DNA of 64,000 bases from an uncultured Gammaproteobacteria bacterium (GCA_964573695.1 CAZNKB010000002.1:109898-173897); one strand, 5' to 3'; counted from the first letter of the stretch, positions 7,944 to 17,485 are shown. Made by a program: numbers and translations. The notes: generated from the letters alone by a model not told the origin.

Positions 7944-9098
7944 TTAGTTCTTTCGAAAAATATAAAATTCGCGTCTGACAATCGCTTGTGGACGGCTATA
8001 CTCTATAGGTCCAGTGAGGAGAGTATATCCGAGGCTCATCCCCCTGTCAACAACATTTTTCACGCGGAGCACTCTCCCTCCCACCATATACACGGGCATT
8101 GCCATGACAATCCGCGCATCGTGTCTTAGTAAATTAGCCCACTCGCGAAGTGCTCCGATATACAATTTTTCTAAGCCCTTAAGCACGTTTTTTACTTTTT
8201 CCGGGGTGAGCTTGGCGGCATCTTTGGTATCGACCGTTTCCCCCATAAACGGCTCGGTGGCAATCGCATCGATACTATTGGGAGTGATATGAGAGGAAAG
8301 GTGGGTCGCATCGGATACGAAAATATTTGCATACAAGGGATCAATCGACGAATACTGACGCCGCAGCCATTCCAGATTTTTTTTCGCGTGTGCCACTGCT
8401 ACCTCCGAAACATCGCTCCCTGTCGTATTGGCACCCCGCAGCAGGCTTTCTGCAAGGATAGTTCCCACGCCGCAAAACGGATCCAACAACATCGGATGAT
8501 GATCCGGCTTGGGTCGCTCTCCGTCGAGCGCAATATTGACAATCATGCGTGCGACTTTCGGAGGGAGCATGCCTGCTTTGGGATCGGGGGCCGGCCGGCC
8601 GAAATCGCGGGTGTTCCAATCTTCAAAATCCTGTACCGCACGTGTCACGCCGACGAGATATCCTTCGGAGTCACCAATCACAACAAGCTCCGTTACCTGT
8701 TGTTTGGAAACCACCACACTGGAAAGTGTTTCGTTGTGTTTGGTTTCTATGTATCGGGCGGAAATCCCGCGCTGGGACAATAGTTTCTTACAGTTAGTCA
8801 GCATAGCCGGTGTCACATGCGCCCGGCCATAGGCGCTCATACCGAATGTCACGCGCCCACCCTGAACGTGTTTTACGAGTTCCTCAAACAAACTGTCCGT
8901 GTCCAATTTCTGAATTTTTGTGGTTATACTCACGATTTTTACCGTTCCCCCGAGCGTATGGATCATAGCCTGAAAATCCACGTCTTCCGATACCAATGCC
9001 GCGTCTTGGGAAATAAGCTTCGCAGAGGGGAAAAATGATTGGAGTTCTAAAAAAGAAAGCTGTGGGGTTCTTCCGAATATAAATGCGGTTTGTTTCAT
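7944..9098 (-). CDS. THUMP-domain RNA (guanine-N2/adenine-N6-type) methyltransferase (Trm11/RlmL-like)
   Basis: LLDPFCGVGTILAE SAM motif; NPPY-like region absent or diverged. 384 aa, inserted between rplU and rpmA. Confidence 0.6.
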   Translation of the reverse strand: MKQTAFIFGRTPQLSFLELQSFFPSAKLISQDAALVSEDVDFQAMIHTLGGTVKIVSITTKIQKLDTDSLFEELVKHVQGGRVTFGMSAYGRAHVTPAMLTNCKKLLSQRGISARYIETKHNETLSSVVVSKQQVTELVVIGDSEGYLVGVTRAVQDFEDWNTRDFGRPAPDPKAGMLPPKVARMIVNIALDGERPKPDHHPMLLDPFCGVGTILAESLLRGANTTGSDVSEVAVAHAKKNLEWLRRQYSSIDPLYANIFVSDATHLSSHITPNSIDAIATEPFMGETVDTKDAAKLTPEKVKNVLKGLEKLYIGALREWANLLRHDARIVMAMPVYMVGGRVLRVKNVVDRGMSLGYTLLTGPIEYSRPQAIVRREFYIFRKN

Positions 9099-9101
9099 GC
9101 C

Positions 9102-9410
9102 TCAGGCCACGGAGACAATTTCCAAGCGAGTCAATTCTGCCCGGAATCCCTTGGCCCTTCGATAATTCACCTTCGATTTGAATCGGTGAATATCGATTTT
9201 TTCACCCTTTTCCTGCGCGAGGATCTTTGCCATAACTTTGTGACCCTTGACCACAGGCTTACCCACTTCGGTCTTTTTTTCGTCTTTGACCAGTAGGATA
9301 TCAGAAAGTTCTATGGTGTCCCCCACAGCGCCGTCCATTTTATCGACGACTATGATGTCTTTGGGGGCGACTTTGAATTGTTTGTTACCGACGCGTACTA
9401 CAGCTAACAT
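9102..9410 (-). CDS. rplU: 50S ribosomal protein L21
   Basis: MLAVVRVGNKQFKV... matches the L21 N-terminal signature. 102 aa. Confidence 0.85.
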   Translation of the reverse strand: MLAVVRVGNKQFKVAPKDIIVVDKMDGAVGDTIELSDILLVKDEKKTEVGKPVVKGHKVMAKILAQEKGEKIDIHRFKSKVNYRRAKGFRAELTRLEIVSVA

Positions 9411-9434
9411 AGGTTCATATTATATAGCTTCCGG

Positions 9435-10541
9435 CTATCCAATTGCAATGCTTCCCTCGTCGGACGCATTTCTCCGAAGCGCTAAGAGTAAACCAAATGC
9501 CACGCATAGCGACAAAATAGAGCTTCCTCCGTAGGAAACAAACGGCAAGGTAATCCCCGTCACCGGGATAATACCCATATTCATACCGGCATTAATCACC
9601 ACTTGCGTGAGTAACACCCCGAAAAGTCCGATCGTGTAAAAAAATACAAAAGGATTACCTACTGAGCCCCGCAGATATGGCCGGATCAATTGCCAGAGCA
9701 ATACCCCGTAAAGGAGAATCAGCACCAGTCCGCCCAAAAAGCCCAATTCTTCTACCAACGTCGCGAAAATGAAATCCGTATGGTATTCCGGCAAAAATCG
9801 GAGGTGACTTTGGGTTCCCATGCCTAATCCCCTCCCGAATAGCTGACCGCTGCCGACTGCGATCATCGCCTGCAGCGCGTTGTATCCGGCTCCCTGCGGG
9901 TCTATGGCTGGATTAAGAAACGTAAGGATTCGTGACTTCTGATAGCCTGCGAGTGCGTGCCAAAATACCGGAAACCCCAGAATACCCACGATGCCTCCCA
10001 CAAGAAACAACATGAGTGGAAACCCTCCGGCGATCATCATAGCAAGCCATGAGGACGCATAGACAATGGACGTCCCCAAGTCCGGCTGCCGGAACACGAG
10101 AAAAAACGGCAGCGCAAAAAAAGCTCCGTGAATAAACAACCACCGCCACGATCGGGGAGAATATGTCATGGATAAACGGGCAAACGCCAGGATCAGTAAC
10201 GGCTTAACAATCTCCGAAGGCTGCAATTGCGCTCCACCTATGACTATCCAGCGTGATGCGCCCCGAATCGGATCACCGAAATATGAGGCGATCAGAAGCA
10301 GAATCGACAATATATATCCGTACGGCGCAAACCACCACAGAATTATGGCGTCTAATCCTGAAAAAAGCCAAATGATAACGCCCCCGAGTATCAAAAAAAA
10401 CAACTGCTGCCAAAAAAGCGATATATTGGTGGTAAGAAGTACGAATAGCCCGACCAACCCTAAAAGCAGCAGCGGCAAAAAAATCACCCAGTCGGTCTGG
10501 TGCTCACGGTCTCGGTAACTATGTCCAAATGGTCTCCCCAT
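9435..10541 (-). CDS. SEDS family peptidoglycan glycosyltransferase (RodA/FtsW-like)
   Basis: Ten transmembrane segments and the C-terminal GIIPVTGITLPFVSYGGSS motif. Annotated start overlaps the ileS 3' end by 58 nt, so the true start may be a downstream non-ATG codon. Confidence 0.8.
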   Translation of the reverse strand: MGRPFGHSYRDREHQTDWVIFLPLLLLGLVGLFVLLTTNISLFWQQLFFLILGGVIIWLFSGLDAIILWWFAPYGYILSILLLIASYFGDPIRGASRWIVIGGAQLQPSEIVKPLLILAFARLSMTYSPRSWRWLFIHGAFFALPFFLVFRQPDLGTSIVYASSWLAMMIAGGFPLMLFLVGGIVGILGFPVFWHALAGYQKSRILTFLNPAIDPQGAGYNALQAMIAVGSGQLFGRGLGMGTQSHLRFLPEYHTDFIFATLVEELGFLGGLVLILLYGVLLWQLIRPYLRGSVGNPFVFFYTIGLFGVLLTQVVINAGMNMGIIPVTGITLPFVSYGGSSILSLCVAFGLLLALRRNASDEGSIAIG

Positions 10542-13318
10542 ACGATGTTGGTTGTGAGTGTCTCCCGTTTGAGCTGTTCGAGCAGCACCCCGGGCAACGA
10601 TTTGTACGTTTCCTCAAGGACCACGTCTATCTTCTGATCTATTCTACATCCTTTTTCCTTGCGCGCCACCTGAATATCACGGATAAGCGTACGCAAAAGC
10701 CCAAGTTGCTCTAATTCGGGCGTCAACACCGTATCAAACGTCACTCCTTCACCTTCACCTTTGGTAAAGTGCACGTCGAGCACATTGATTTCATCTTTGA
10801 GTACCTGGACCAACTCATCTGACAACGTATTCTGACTTACGATCGTCACGGAAGCGAGTGGTTGGCGTAATTTGATCCCGAGCTCTTTTCGCTTGGCGTG
10901 CGCTTGTTCCACCATATCCTGCACAATACGCATATCTTCCTCAAGCCTGTTATCGATTCGTGATACGTCTGCCATAGGCCACAGGGTTAGATGCACGGAA
11001 TCTGCTCCGGGAACCAGATTCTGATACAAACTTTCCGCGATAAACGGGGTCACCGGCGCCATGACGCGGGTCAATACGAGAAGCACCCAACCGAACACGG
11101 ATTGCGACGCAGCGTCCGACTGAATACGATCCCTGCTCCGCCGCAGATACCATGTGGAAAGTTCCGGTAGAAACACGCTTATCGAACGGCAATACGATGT
11201 GGTATCGTACCCGTCCATGGCAGCCGTGGCGTCACGGACAAACGTATTGAGGCGACTCAATACCCACCTGTCCATGACATGCGTGGCACGGGGCTCTTCG
11301 ACAGGGGGAGAAGCCGATACGTACAGCTTATAGAAGCTAAACACGTTCCAGGTGATAGCAATCACCTTCTGATACACTTCTTTGACACCGTCTTCAGAAA
11401 AATTGAGATTCTCGGCTTTCATGACGACGGAAGCCATGAGATAAAATCGGAGCGCGTCAACCCCGTATTTTTCCATGACGACGACCGGATCGGGGAAATT
11501 TTTCTTGGATTTGCTCATCTTATTGCCGTCCTCGGCAAGGATAGTTCCCGTGGTTACCGCGTTTTCAAACGTATATTTGCCGAACAACCCGACACTCATC
11601 ACGTGCAGCGTATAAAACCATGCCCGGGTTTGTGCGATATATTCAGCGATAAACTGCGCGGGATGGCTAGCTGCAAATACTTCTTCGTTCTCAAACGGAT
11701 AATGCAATGACGCAAACGGCATACTTCCGGACTCGATCCAGCAGTCAAAAACTTCCGGAATTCGTTTCCCCTTTATCGTACGCGCATCGTCTACCCATAC
11801 TTCCAAATCATCCAGAAACTCCCTGTGGATGTCGGTAAGCCCGGCTACTTTCTCGGGATTGACCGCCCAGGTCCTGAGCTCTTCGACAGAACCCACGATC
11901 CGGATGCGGTCACCCTCTTTCCATATCGGCATGGGTGTACCCCAATACCGGCTTCGGGAAATATTCCAATCGGGAGCCCCTTCTAATCCTTTACCGAATC
12001 TGCCGTGTTTCAGGTGATCGGGATACCACTCTATTTTTTCGTTCTGTGCGACAAGGTCCGGCTTGATCTTCTGGATGTCTATAAACCACGCCGGCACAGG
12101 ATTGTGATACAGCCGGGTTTCGCAGCGGTAACATACCGGCACACTATGAAGCCGCTCCTCATCATGATAAATGAGTCCCCGCTTCGCCAGATCTTCATTG
12201 ACGAGAGGGTTTGCTTTGAGCATGAACATTCCCGCCCACGGAGTCACTTCCGGCTTAAGAATACCCTCTGCGTTTACGTGCTCGACAAGCTGTATACCGC
12301 GCGACGTCATGATACGATAGTCGTCTTCTCCATAAACGGCAAGCGTCACAACTCCGGTCCCTTCCGCATCGGTCACATACGGATCTGCAACTATGACTCC
12401 CGCTTTCTCTCCGTCTTTACGCGGGTAGAAATCATAATGCAGTTCAAACGTAAACGACTCCAACTCGCTTCCTTTGTATTTCGCAACGACCGAATAGGGC
12501 TCGGGTGTCAACATGGAGAGTCTGTTTTCCGCCAAAATGTACGAAGCGTTTCCCTGTTTCACCTTGACATAGGTCAGATCGGGATTCACCGCCAATGCAG
12601 GGGTGGCGAGTTTATTCCATGGGGTCGTCGACCACGCAAGCAAATATGTGTCCTCATGACCCACTACCTTATATTTATACGTAGTACTCGGACCATGTAA
12701 ATCTTTGTAGCTGTTATCCATGGCAATTTCGAAATTGGAGAGCGGTGTAGCACATCGCGGACAGTACAAAATCACTCGACGACCCTCATAAACCAAACCC
12801 TTGTCATACAGCGTTTTAAACGCCCACCATACGGACTCCATGAACGTCTTGTCCATGGTCTTGTATGAGTGTTTGAAGTCTACCCAACGCCCCAACCGGC
12901 GGATAACCCCCTCCCACTCCTTGTCGAACCGAAGTATGGCACTTCTGCAGGCCTGATTGAACTTATCTATGCCGAAATTTTCTATCCCTTTCTTGCCGCC
13001 TTTGAGGTCCAATTCTTTTTCTATGATGTTCTCTATCGGTATACCATGACAGTCCCACCCCCACACCCGATCGACCCGGTATCCTTTCATAGTCCAGTAC
13101 CGCGGGACGACATCCTTCACCGTGGAAGCAAGAAGGTGACCATAATGCGGCAACCCCGTAGCAAACGGCGGGCCGTCGTAGAAAACATACCGTTTGTCCG
13201 CCGGGCGTTCACTGACGGACCGCTCAAACGCTTTGACGCTATCCCAATACTCGAGCACGTCATGCTCGTTTTTGGAGACATCGAGTTTTTCCTGAAAATT
13301 CGTCTTCTTTATCGCCAT
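10484..13318 (-). CDS. ileS: Isoleucine--tRNA ligase (type 2, eukaryote/archaeal-like)
   Basis: HYGH (HIGH), GWDCHGIPIE, KMSKSKKN. Start set at MAIKKTNFQEK (ATG at 13318), preceded by AGGAG. Confidence 0.9.
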   Translation of the reverse strand: MAIKKTNFQEKLDVSKNEHDVLEYWDSVKAFERSVSERPADKRYVFYDGPPFATGLPHYGHLLASTVKDVVPRYWTMKGYRVDRVWGWDCHGIPIENIIEKELDLKGGKKGIENFGIDKFNQACRSAILRFDKEWEGVIRRLGRWVDFKHSYKTMDKTFMESVWWAFKTLYDKGLVYEGRRVILYCPRCATPLSNFEIAMDNSYKDLHGPSTTYKYKVVGHEDTYLLAWSTTPWNKLATPALAVNPDLTYVKVKQGNASYILAENRLSMLTPEPYSVVAKYKGSELESFTFELHYDFYPRKDGEKAGVIVADPYVTDAEGTGVVTLAVYGEDDYRIMTSRGIQLVEHVNAEGILKPEVTPWAGMFMLKANPLVNEDLAKRGLIYHDEERLHSVPVCYRCETRLYHNPVPAWFIDIQKIKPDLVAQNEKIEWYPDHLKHGRFGKGLEGAPDWNISRSRYWGTPMPIWKEGDRIRIVGSVEELRTWAVNPEKVAGLTDIHREFLDDLEVWVDDARTIKGKRIPEVFDCWIESGSMPFASLHYPFENEEVFAASHPAQFIAEYIAQTRAWFYTLHVMSVGLFGKYTFENAVTTGTILAEDGNKMSKSKKNFPDPVVVMEKYGVDALRFYLMASVVMKAENLNFSEDGVKEVYQKVIAITWNVFSFYKLYVSASPPVEEPRATHVMDRWVLSRLNTFVRDATAAMDGYDTTSYCRSISVFLPELSTWYLRRSRDRIQSDAASQSVFGWVLLVLTRVMAPVTPFIAESLYQNLVPGADSVHLTLWPMADVSRIDNRLEEDMRIVQDMVEQAHAKRKELGIKLRQPLASVTIVSQNTLSDELVQVLKDEINVLDVHFTKGEGEGVTFDTVLTPELEQLGLLRTLIRDIQVARKEKGCRIDQKIDVVLEETYKSLPGVLLEQLKRETLTTNIVWGDHLDIVTETVSTRPTG

Positions 13319-13329
13319 AAAAAAACCGC

Positions 13330-13570
13330 TCCTCTTCCAGTATATACTGAAGGACGAACGGATGTCCGTGGTACCACCTTCTTTCCCACCCTCCGCCGGC
13401 TGGCGGATTGCGGATCTCATTTGCTGCTATGACGGGCATACCCGGGGAATTCTACTTTCGTTGCCGATTTCTTTTCCCAGCCTGTTCCGATTGTTGTCGG
13501 AACCTCCCGCTGATAACGGGATTCTCTGCTCTACTGGTAGTATACCATACCCCTTGGAAATTTTGACAAC
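13330..13570 (-). promoter_or_regulatory. Putative Ile T-box leader (translational/sequestrator type) with promoter, upstream of ileS
   Basis: Minus-strand AGGUGGUACCACGG (plus 13387-13400) matches 12 of 13 positions of the T-box core GGUGGUACCGCGG. A downstream hairpin CCUUCAGUAUA/UAUACUGGAAGG contains the SD AGGAG, followed by U7 directly before the AUG. Candidate specifier AUC lies in ...CAACAAUCGGAAC... Candidate promoter: TTGTCA at 13564-13569, TGgTATACT at 13536-13544. Confidence 0.5.
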
Positions 13571-13877
13571 AACTGTATTCTTTCGTACAATCTCGGGTCG
13601 TTTGCTTCTTTTTGCTATGGAACGACGTGAACCTCGCCGCAAACTCACCATCCGCATTACCACGTGCGACGGAGCCACCGTCTCGACGTGGTCGTACCAT
13701 ATCCACGATATCAATAGCTTTGAACGGACTACGCTTCGCAATCACGCCAAAACATGCGGCCACAAAAATCGTTTCACCGGTAGATGCCGCCGGACACAGA
13801 TAGACCGGAATGTATTTTCGGGCACCATTACTCCCAACGAGCTGGACGGACTCTAGTCACTCTATAAAAAATGGAGA

Positions 13878-15362
13878 TTACTCGGCCTTGACGGTAAAGG
13901 ACATCATCACGGGAGACTCTCCCACACCGACGGGAAATACTATGGTATTGCCTTTTACTGCCGGCCAACCATTGATACCTCCGGGAGCCTGATACTCCCA
14001 GACTTTGCTGCCGGATTTGGCAAGAAACGCGTAAATTTTACCGTCATAGGTGGCAGTAAACACCAGATCATTGACGACTGTTGCGGCTCCGAAGTTCATA
14101 GATTCCAACTTGTTGTCCCAAAGGATCTTTCCGGTCGCTGCCTCTATGGCTACCAATTCGCCTTTGCCCAAATCAAGATTCACGGATTCAAATACTTGTT
14201 TCGTCGGCGTATAGTCGGTCGTCAAATTTACGACCGGAACATACAATACTCCACCGTCATATGCCATGGCGGTCAATACGCCCCCAAGCGTGCCGGGAAG
14301 CACTGTAGTCGTCCCGGGAGGCAATAGGGTAAGCGTATCATTGAGATGTTCTCCGACCGATGTCTCCCAAATTGTTTTGCCGGTTTTGCGGTCAAAGGCG
14401 AATACTTTGCCCATTTTGCCGGATCCGAAGACGACGTCTTTGGACTCTCCATTGACTGTTATCTGCCCTAATATCGGGGAATTCTGTAAATCATGATCGA
14501 ACAAATTGTGCGGTGCCACCTGGTTGTACCACAGCAGTTTACCGTCGGCATGATGTAACGCGACGATACTCCCTGTGTATAAATTCGGCCCGGGTCGGCT
14601 CGTACCGTTTGGAAACTCCTCTGTCCCGGGAAAGGGACCAGGATTCCCGATCCCCCAATATGAGATATTTGTGCCAGGATCTATTGCCGGCGGATACCAT
14701 ACGCCGCCACCGCTATTTACCGCCGGATTGCCCCAGATATCTTCGGAATCGACAGTGTCGAATTTCCACTGTATGTTTCCAGTGGTGATATCAAGGGCAT
14801 AAATATTGCCGATCGACCCACCGCGATAAAAGTTTGCCAACGAAAGCCCCGGAACCGTCGCGACGTATACGGTGTTTCTGTATATCACGGGTTGGATATC
14901 GATTCCGATGTTCGCATTGTGGGATATTGTCGTAGACCAAAGTTCTTTTCCGCTCATGTCCAGCGCAATCACATCGTAATGCCCTTTGATTGCGATTATC
15001 TTTCCCTGTCCGACTGCCACCCCGACCGGCCCTCCCACTGTGGTGTTATATTCCTTTTTCCACACCAGCTTCCCCGACGAAAGCTCCACCGCGTAGATGT
15101 TGCTCTTGAGATCCTCAAAATACATCATATTCCCTATGATGATAGGGTTTGTCGTCGCGGCGCCGGACCCGCTGATTCCGGTAATGGGAACTGTCCACGC
15201 CAATGTCAGCTTATCTATGGTTGTGCTGCTTATGGACGAACTGACGGCTGTGCGTGTATTAGAAAAGTTTTGATTCGGAAGCGGCCAATCTGATTGGTAT
15301 TCAGGAGTGTTCAAAGATACAGTACTCAGGATTTGTTTCCCGTATTTGTTAATACCCACCAA
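13878..15362 (-). CDS. PQQ-like beta-propeller repeat protein (quinoprotein-dehydrogenase-like fold)
   Basis: Repeated W-containing blades. WYPPAIDPGTNISYWGIGNPGP resembles the quinoprotein GTGNP motif. Annotated start is TTG; a hydrophobic N-terminal helix is encoded in-frame upstream with no canonical start. Confidence 0.55.
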   Translation of the reverse strand: MVGINKYGKQILSTVSLNTPEYQSDWPLPNQNFSNTRTAVSSSISSTTIDKLTLAWTVPITGISGSGAATTNPIIIGNMMYFEDLKSNIYAVELSSGKLVWKKEYNTTVGGPVGVAVGQGKIIAIKGHYDVIALDMSGKELWSTTISHNANIGIDIQPVIYRNTVYVATVPGLSLANFYRGGSIGNIYALDITTGNIQWKFDTVDSEDIWGNPAVNSGGGVWYPPAIDPGTNISYWGIGNPGPFPGTEEFPNGTSRPGPNLYTGSIVALHHADGKLLWYNQVAPHNLFDHDLQNSPILGQITVNGESKDVVFGSGKMGKVFAFDRKTGKTIWETSVGEHLNDTLTLLPPGTTTVLPGTLGGVLTAMAYDGGVLYVPVVNLTTDYTPTKQVFESVNLDLGKGELVAIEAATGKILWDNKLESMNFGAATVVNDLVFTATYDGKIYAFLAKSGSKVWEYQAPGGINGWPAVKGNTIVFPVGVGESPVMMSFTVKAE

Positions 15363-15493
15363 TACCGCAATCGACAGAAGGATGATCGATACGATAATTC
15401 CCTTTTTTGTACGTTTAGGTGCTGTTTGTATACTGTTACGATACTCCTACTATGCGAGGGCTGTAAAGGGGGTAGAGAAATATTACCGGTAAA

Positions 15494-17485
15494 TTAGGAG
15501 GTGATCTCCTTCGGAGAAATTTTATCCCAATCTACTGACTGAAATGCCATGCGAAAAGCGTCCCGGAATTGGTCCGGTTGTTTGTCTATCATGCTCCGCA
15601 CGGAGTCGACGTCTGCCCATACGGCTTTATCTGATTCGTAATTTGTATCGATCAAATCCGATGTTTCCTGGTCCACATGGGCGAGGAAAAAGTAAAAGTT
15701 TTCTTTTTGTGGCGTCACGTTTTCTGAACGCTGGGAGTATACCCGGATCGGCATAAGTGGTTCTAGCGTCGTGATTTTCCGCGCACACTCTGCTCCGACT
15801 TCCTCGCGAAGTTGCCGGCGGGCCGCCTCTGTATACGTTTCTCCCGGAAGCAGGTGCCCTGAGGAAGCCGCCTGCCACACATTTGGATTCATTTTCTTAT
15901 TTTTGTTTCGGCGCACCATAAGGATCTGCTTGATATTCATTTGTTTCGACTCATCGAAGTGCCACCGCCACATCATGACCGAAGCAGCCCTGTGGATATA
16001 GCGATTTTCTTCGTGCGCCACTGACCGTGGAATGAGTCCGATCACATTGTCTGCCTCATCTACGAGATCGAAATGTTCCGCATAGTGGAATTTCTTGATC
16101 CCCAGCTCCTCACATAATTTGAGAGCCTTGGACATAAAAGCCATTTGTATGAGATTCCTATCTACAGCTCGGGCAACCGGAGCCAAATGAATCTGGTACT
16201 CTATCAACGCTTCCTGACTTTCGTCCGGCTTTATGGCGCGGAAACTTACCACCGATTCCGGATTTTTGGGATCCCGCAAGATAAGACCGAAAACCCGCTC
16301 CCTATCTTCATAGTAGGATATCCAGCGAACGATAGCCGGCTTTTCCTGCTGATCTATATGTATTTTTATCTCACGGTCTTCCTGATTTTTTGTAATCGAA
16401 TCAAAAAGTTTCTGGTATGGTACCCCAAAAATCGTTTCGGCTGACTTAGCCGATTCCGGGACGACGAGATTGCAGATGATATTGGCATCTGCTGTTTGGT
16501 CGATACTATGTGTTCTGTTTTCGGAATTGAGCAGCATCCGTGTCGCCGTATCTACAATAGACTCGGAGAATAATCCCGCTTCATACGGATTTTCCGTCAG
16601 GAATTTGTCGTCCAATATAACGATGTCATCGATAAACGTCTGAAACCGATCGATATTGATAAGCTCGTCAACGACTTTTCCTCTGTGCGCGATAACGTTT
16701 TCCAGTATGTCGACTAACTCGGAACCAATCTTGTCCTGCAATGTTCTAAGTTCTCCATTGCTATTCCAGGCTTTTGGATCGGTATCGAGAAGTTTTTGAA
16801 AATCGGACGATATTTCCGGTGAGACGAATTGTCCGATAAAATCCGTGGACTTCCCCGCAAGAAGCAGCGCTACGACCGTTTGACCGTCGCCCTCATCCAA
16901 CCGTTTTCGGATTTCCTCTGGTGATTCGGTACCGCGTTTGCGAAGTAGTCGTTCACGATATCCCCGGGACGAGGTAAGAAATGTGCAATGAATCTGATCC
17001 CCGAATTTTTCTTTGAGATCCAGGATATGAAGAACGCTTGGCTCGGCCACGAGAAACTCTTCTCTACAAGTTTGCGTCAGGTCTTCTAAGCGGTACGCAT
17101 ATCTATTGTTGTTACTCCGCAGCGTATACTCCCCGATAAGCTTGCCGCGCTCCTTAAGACTCGTAAACTCCTCAGCGGATATAGGGTCTTTCGACACCTC
17201 CGTAACCCTCGGCGTACGATCGGTCACTTTGGGAACCACCCGGATAGAAACAGGATCGGACAACTCCAGCTTCTTGGAAACACTCCGCCGGCCGGGAAGC
17301 GATGTGAGAATTTCTATCGCCAAATCTTTGCCGGATCCCGAAGCTCCCATAAAGGCTAAAATACGGGGTTTTGATGCGTAGCACTCGTAAGAACGTAGGG
17401 CCTCGGGCCCATGTCCGGATTGGATACCCCAGACACCGTTGTGACGGTAAATATCACTATAAGTTACACGCGATTCGTTATTCAT
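15494..17485 (-). CDS. Three-part fusion protein: guanylate-kinase-like P-loop domain, central domain of unknown function, C-terminal NUDIX hydrolase domain
   Basis: Guanylate-kinase-like: GASGSGKD P-loop, VTDRTPRVTE (compare the TTRxPRxGE signature), RLLRKRGTESPEEIRKRL. NUDIX: LVDEADNVIG...HRAASVMMW and NUDIX box GHLLPGETYTEAARRQLREEVGA. 663 aa. Confidence 0.6.
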   Translation of the reverse strand: MNNESRVTYSDIYRHNGVWGIQSGHGPEALRSYECYASKPRILAFMGASGSGKDLAIEILTSLPGRRSVSKKLELSDPVSIRVVPKVTDRTPRVTEVSKDPISAEEFTSLKERGKLIGEYTLRSNNNRYAYRLEDLTQTCREEFLVAEPSVLHILDLKEKFGDQIHCTFLTSSRGYRERLLRKRGTESPEEIRKRLDEGDGQTVVALLLAGKSTDFIGQFVSPEISSDFQKLLDTDPKAWNSNGELRTLQDKIGSELVDILENVIAHRGKVVDELINIDRFQTFIDDIVILDDKFLTENPYEAGLFSESIVDTATRMLLNSENRTHSIDQTADANIICNLVVPESAKSAETIFGVPYQKLFDSITKNQEDREIKIHIDQQEKPAIVRWISYYEDRERVFGLILRDPKNPESVVSFRAIKPDESQEALIEYQIHLAPVARAVDRNLIQMAFMSKALKLCEELGIKKFHYAEHFDLVDEADNVIGLIPRSVAHEENRYIHRAASVMMWRWHFDESKQMNIKQILMVRRNKNKKMNPNVWQAASSGHLLPGETYTEAARRQLREEVGAECARKITTLEPLMPIRVYSQRSENVTPQKENFYFFLAHVDQETSDLIDTNYESDKAVWADVDSVRSMIDKQPDQFRDAFRMAFQSVDWDKISPKEITS

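Noticed and set aside
10950-13432. Multiple plus-strand ORFs of 140-230 aa inside ileS
   Set aside because: They are antisense to a 945-aa IleRS with HIGH/KMSKS motifs and show no domain signatures.
13878-15362. Calling the PQQ-repeat protein a true PQQ-dependent dehydrogenase
   Set aside because: The propeller repeats are clear, but at 494 aa it is shorter than known quinoprotein dehydrogenases and I could not identify PQQ/Ca-binding residues by eye. I kept the call at the fold level.
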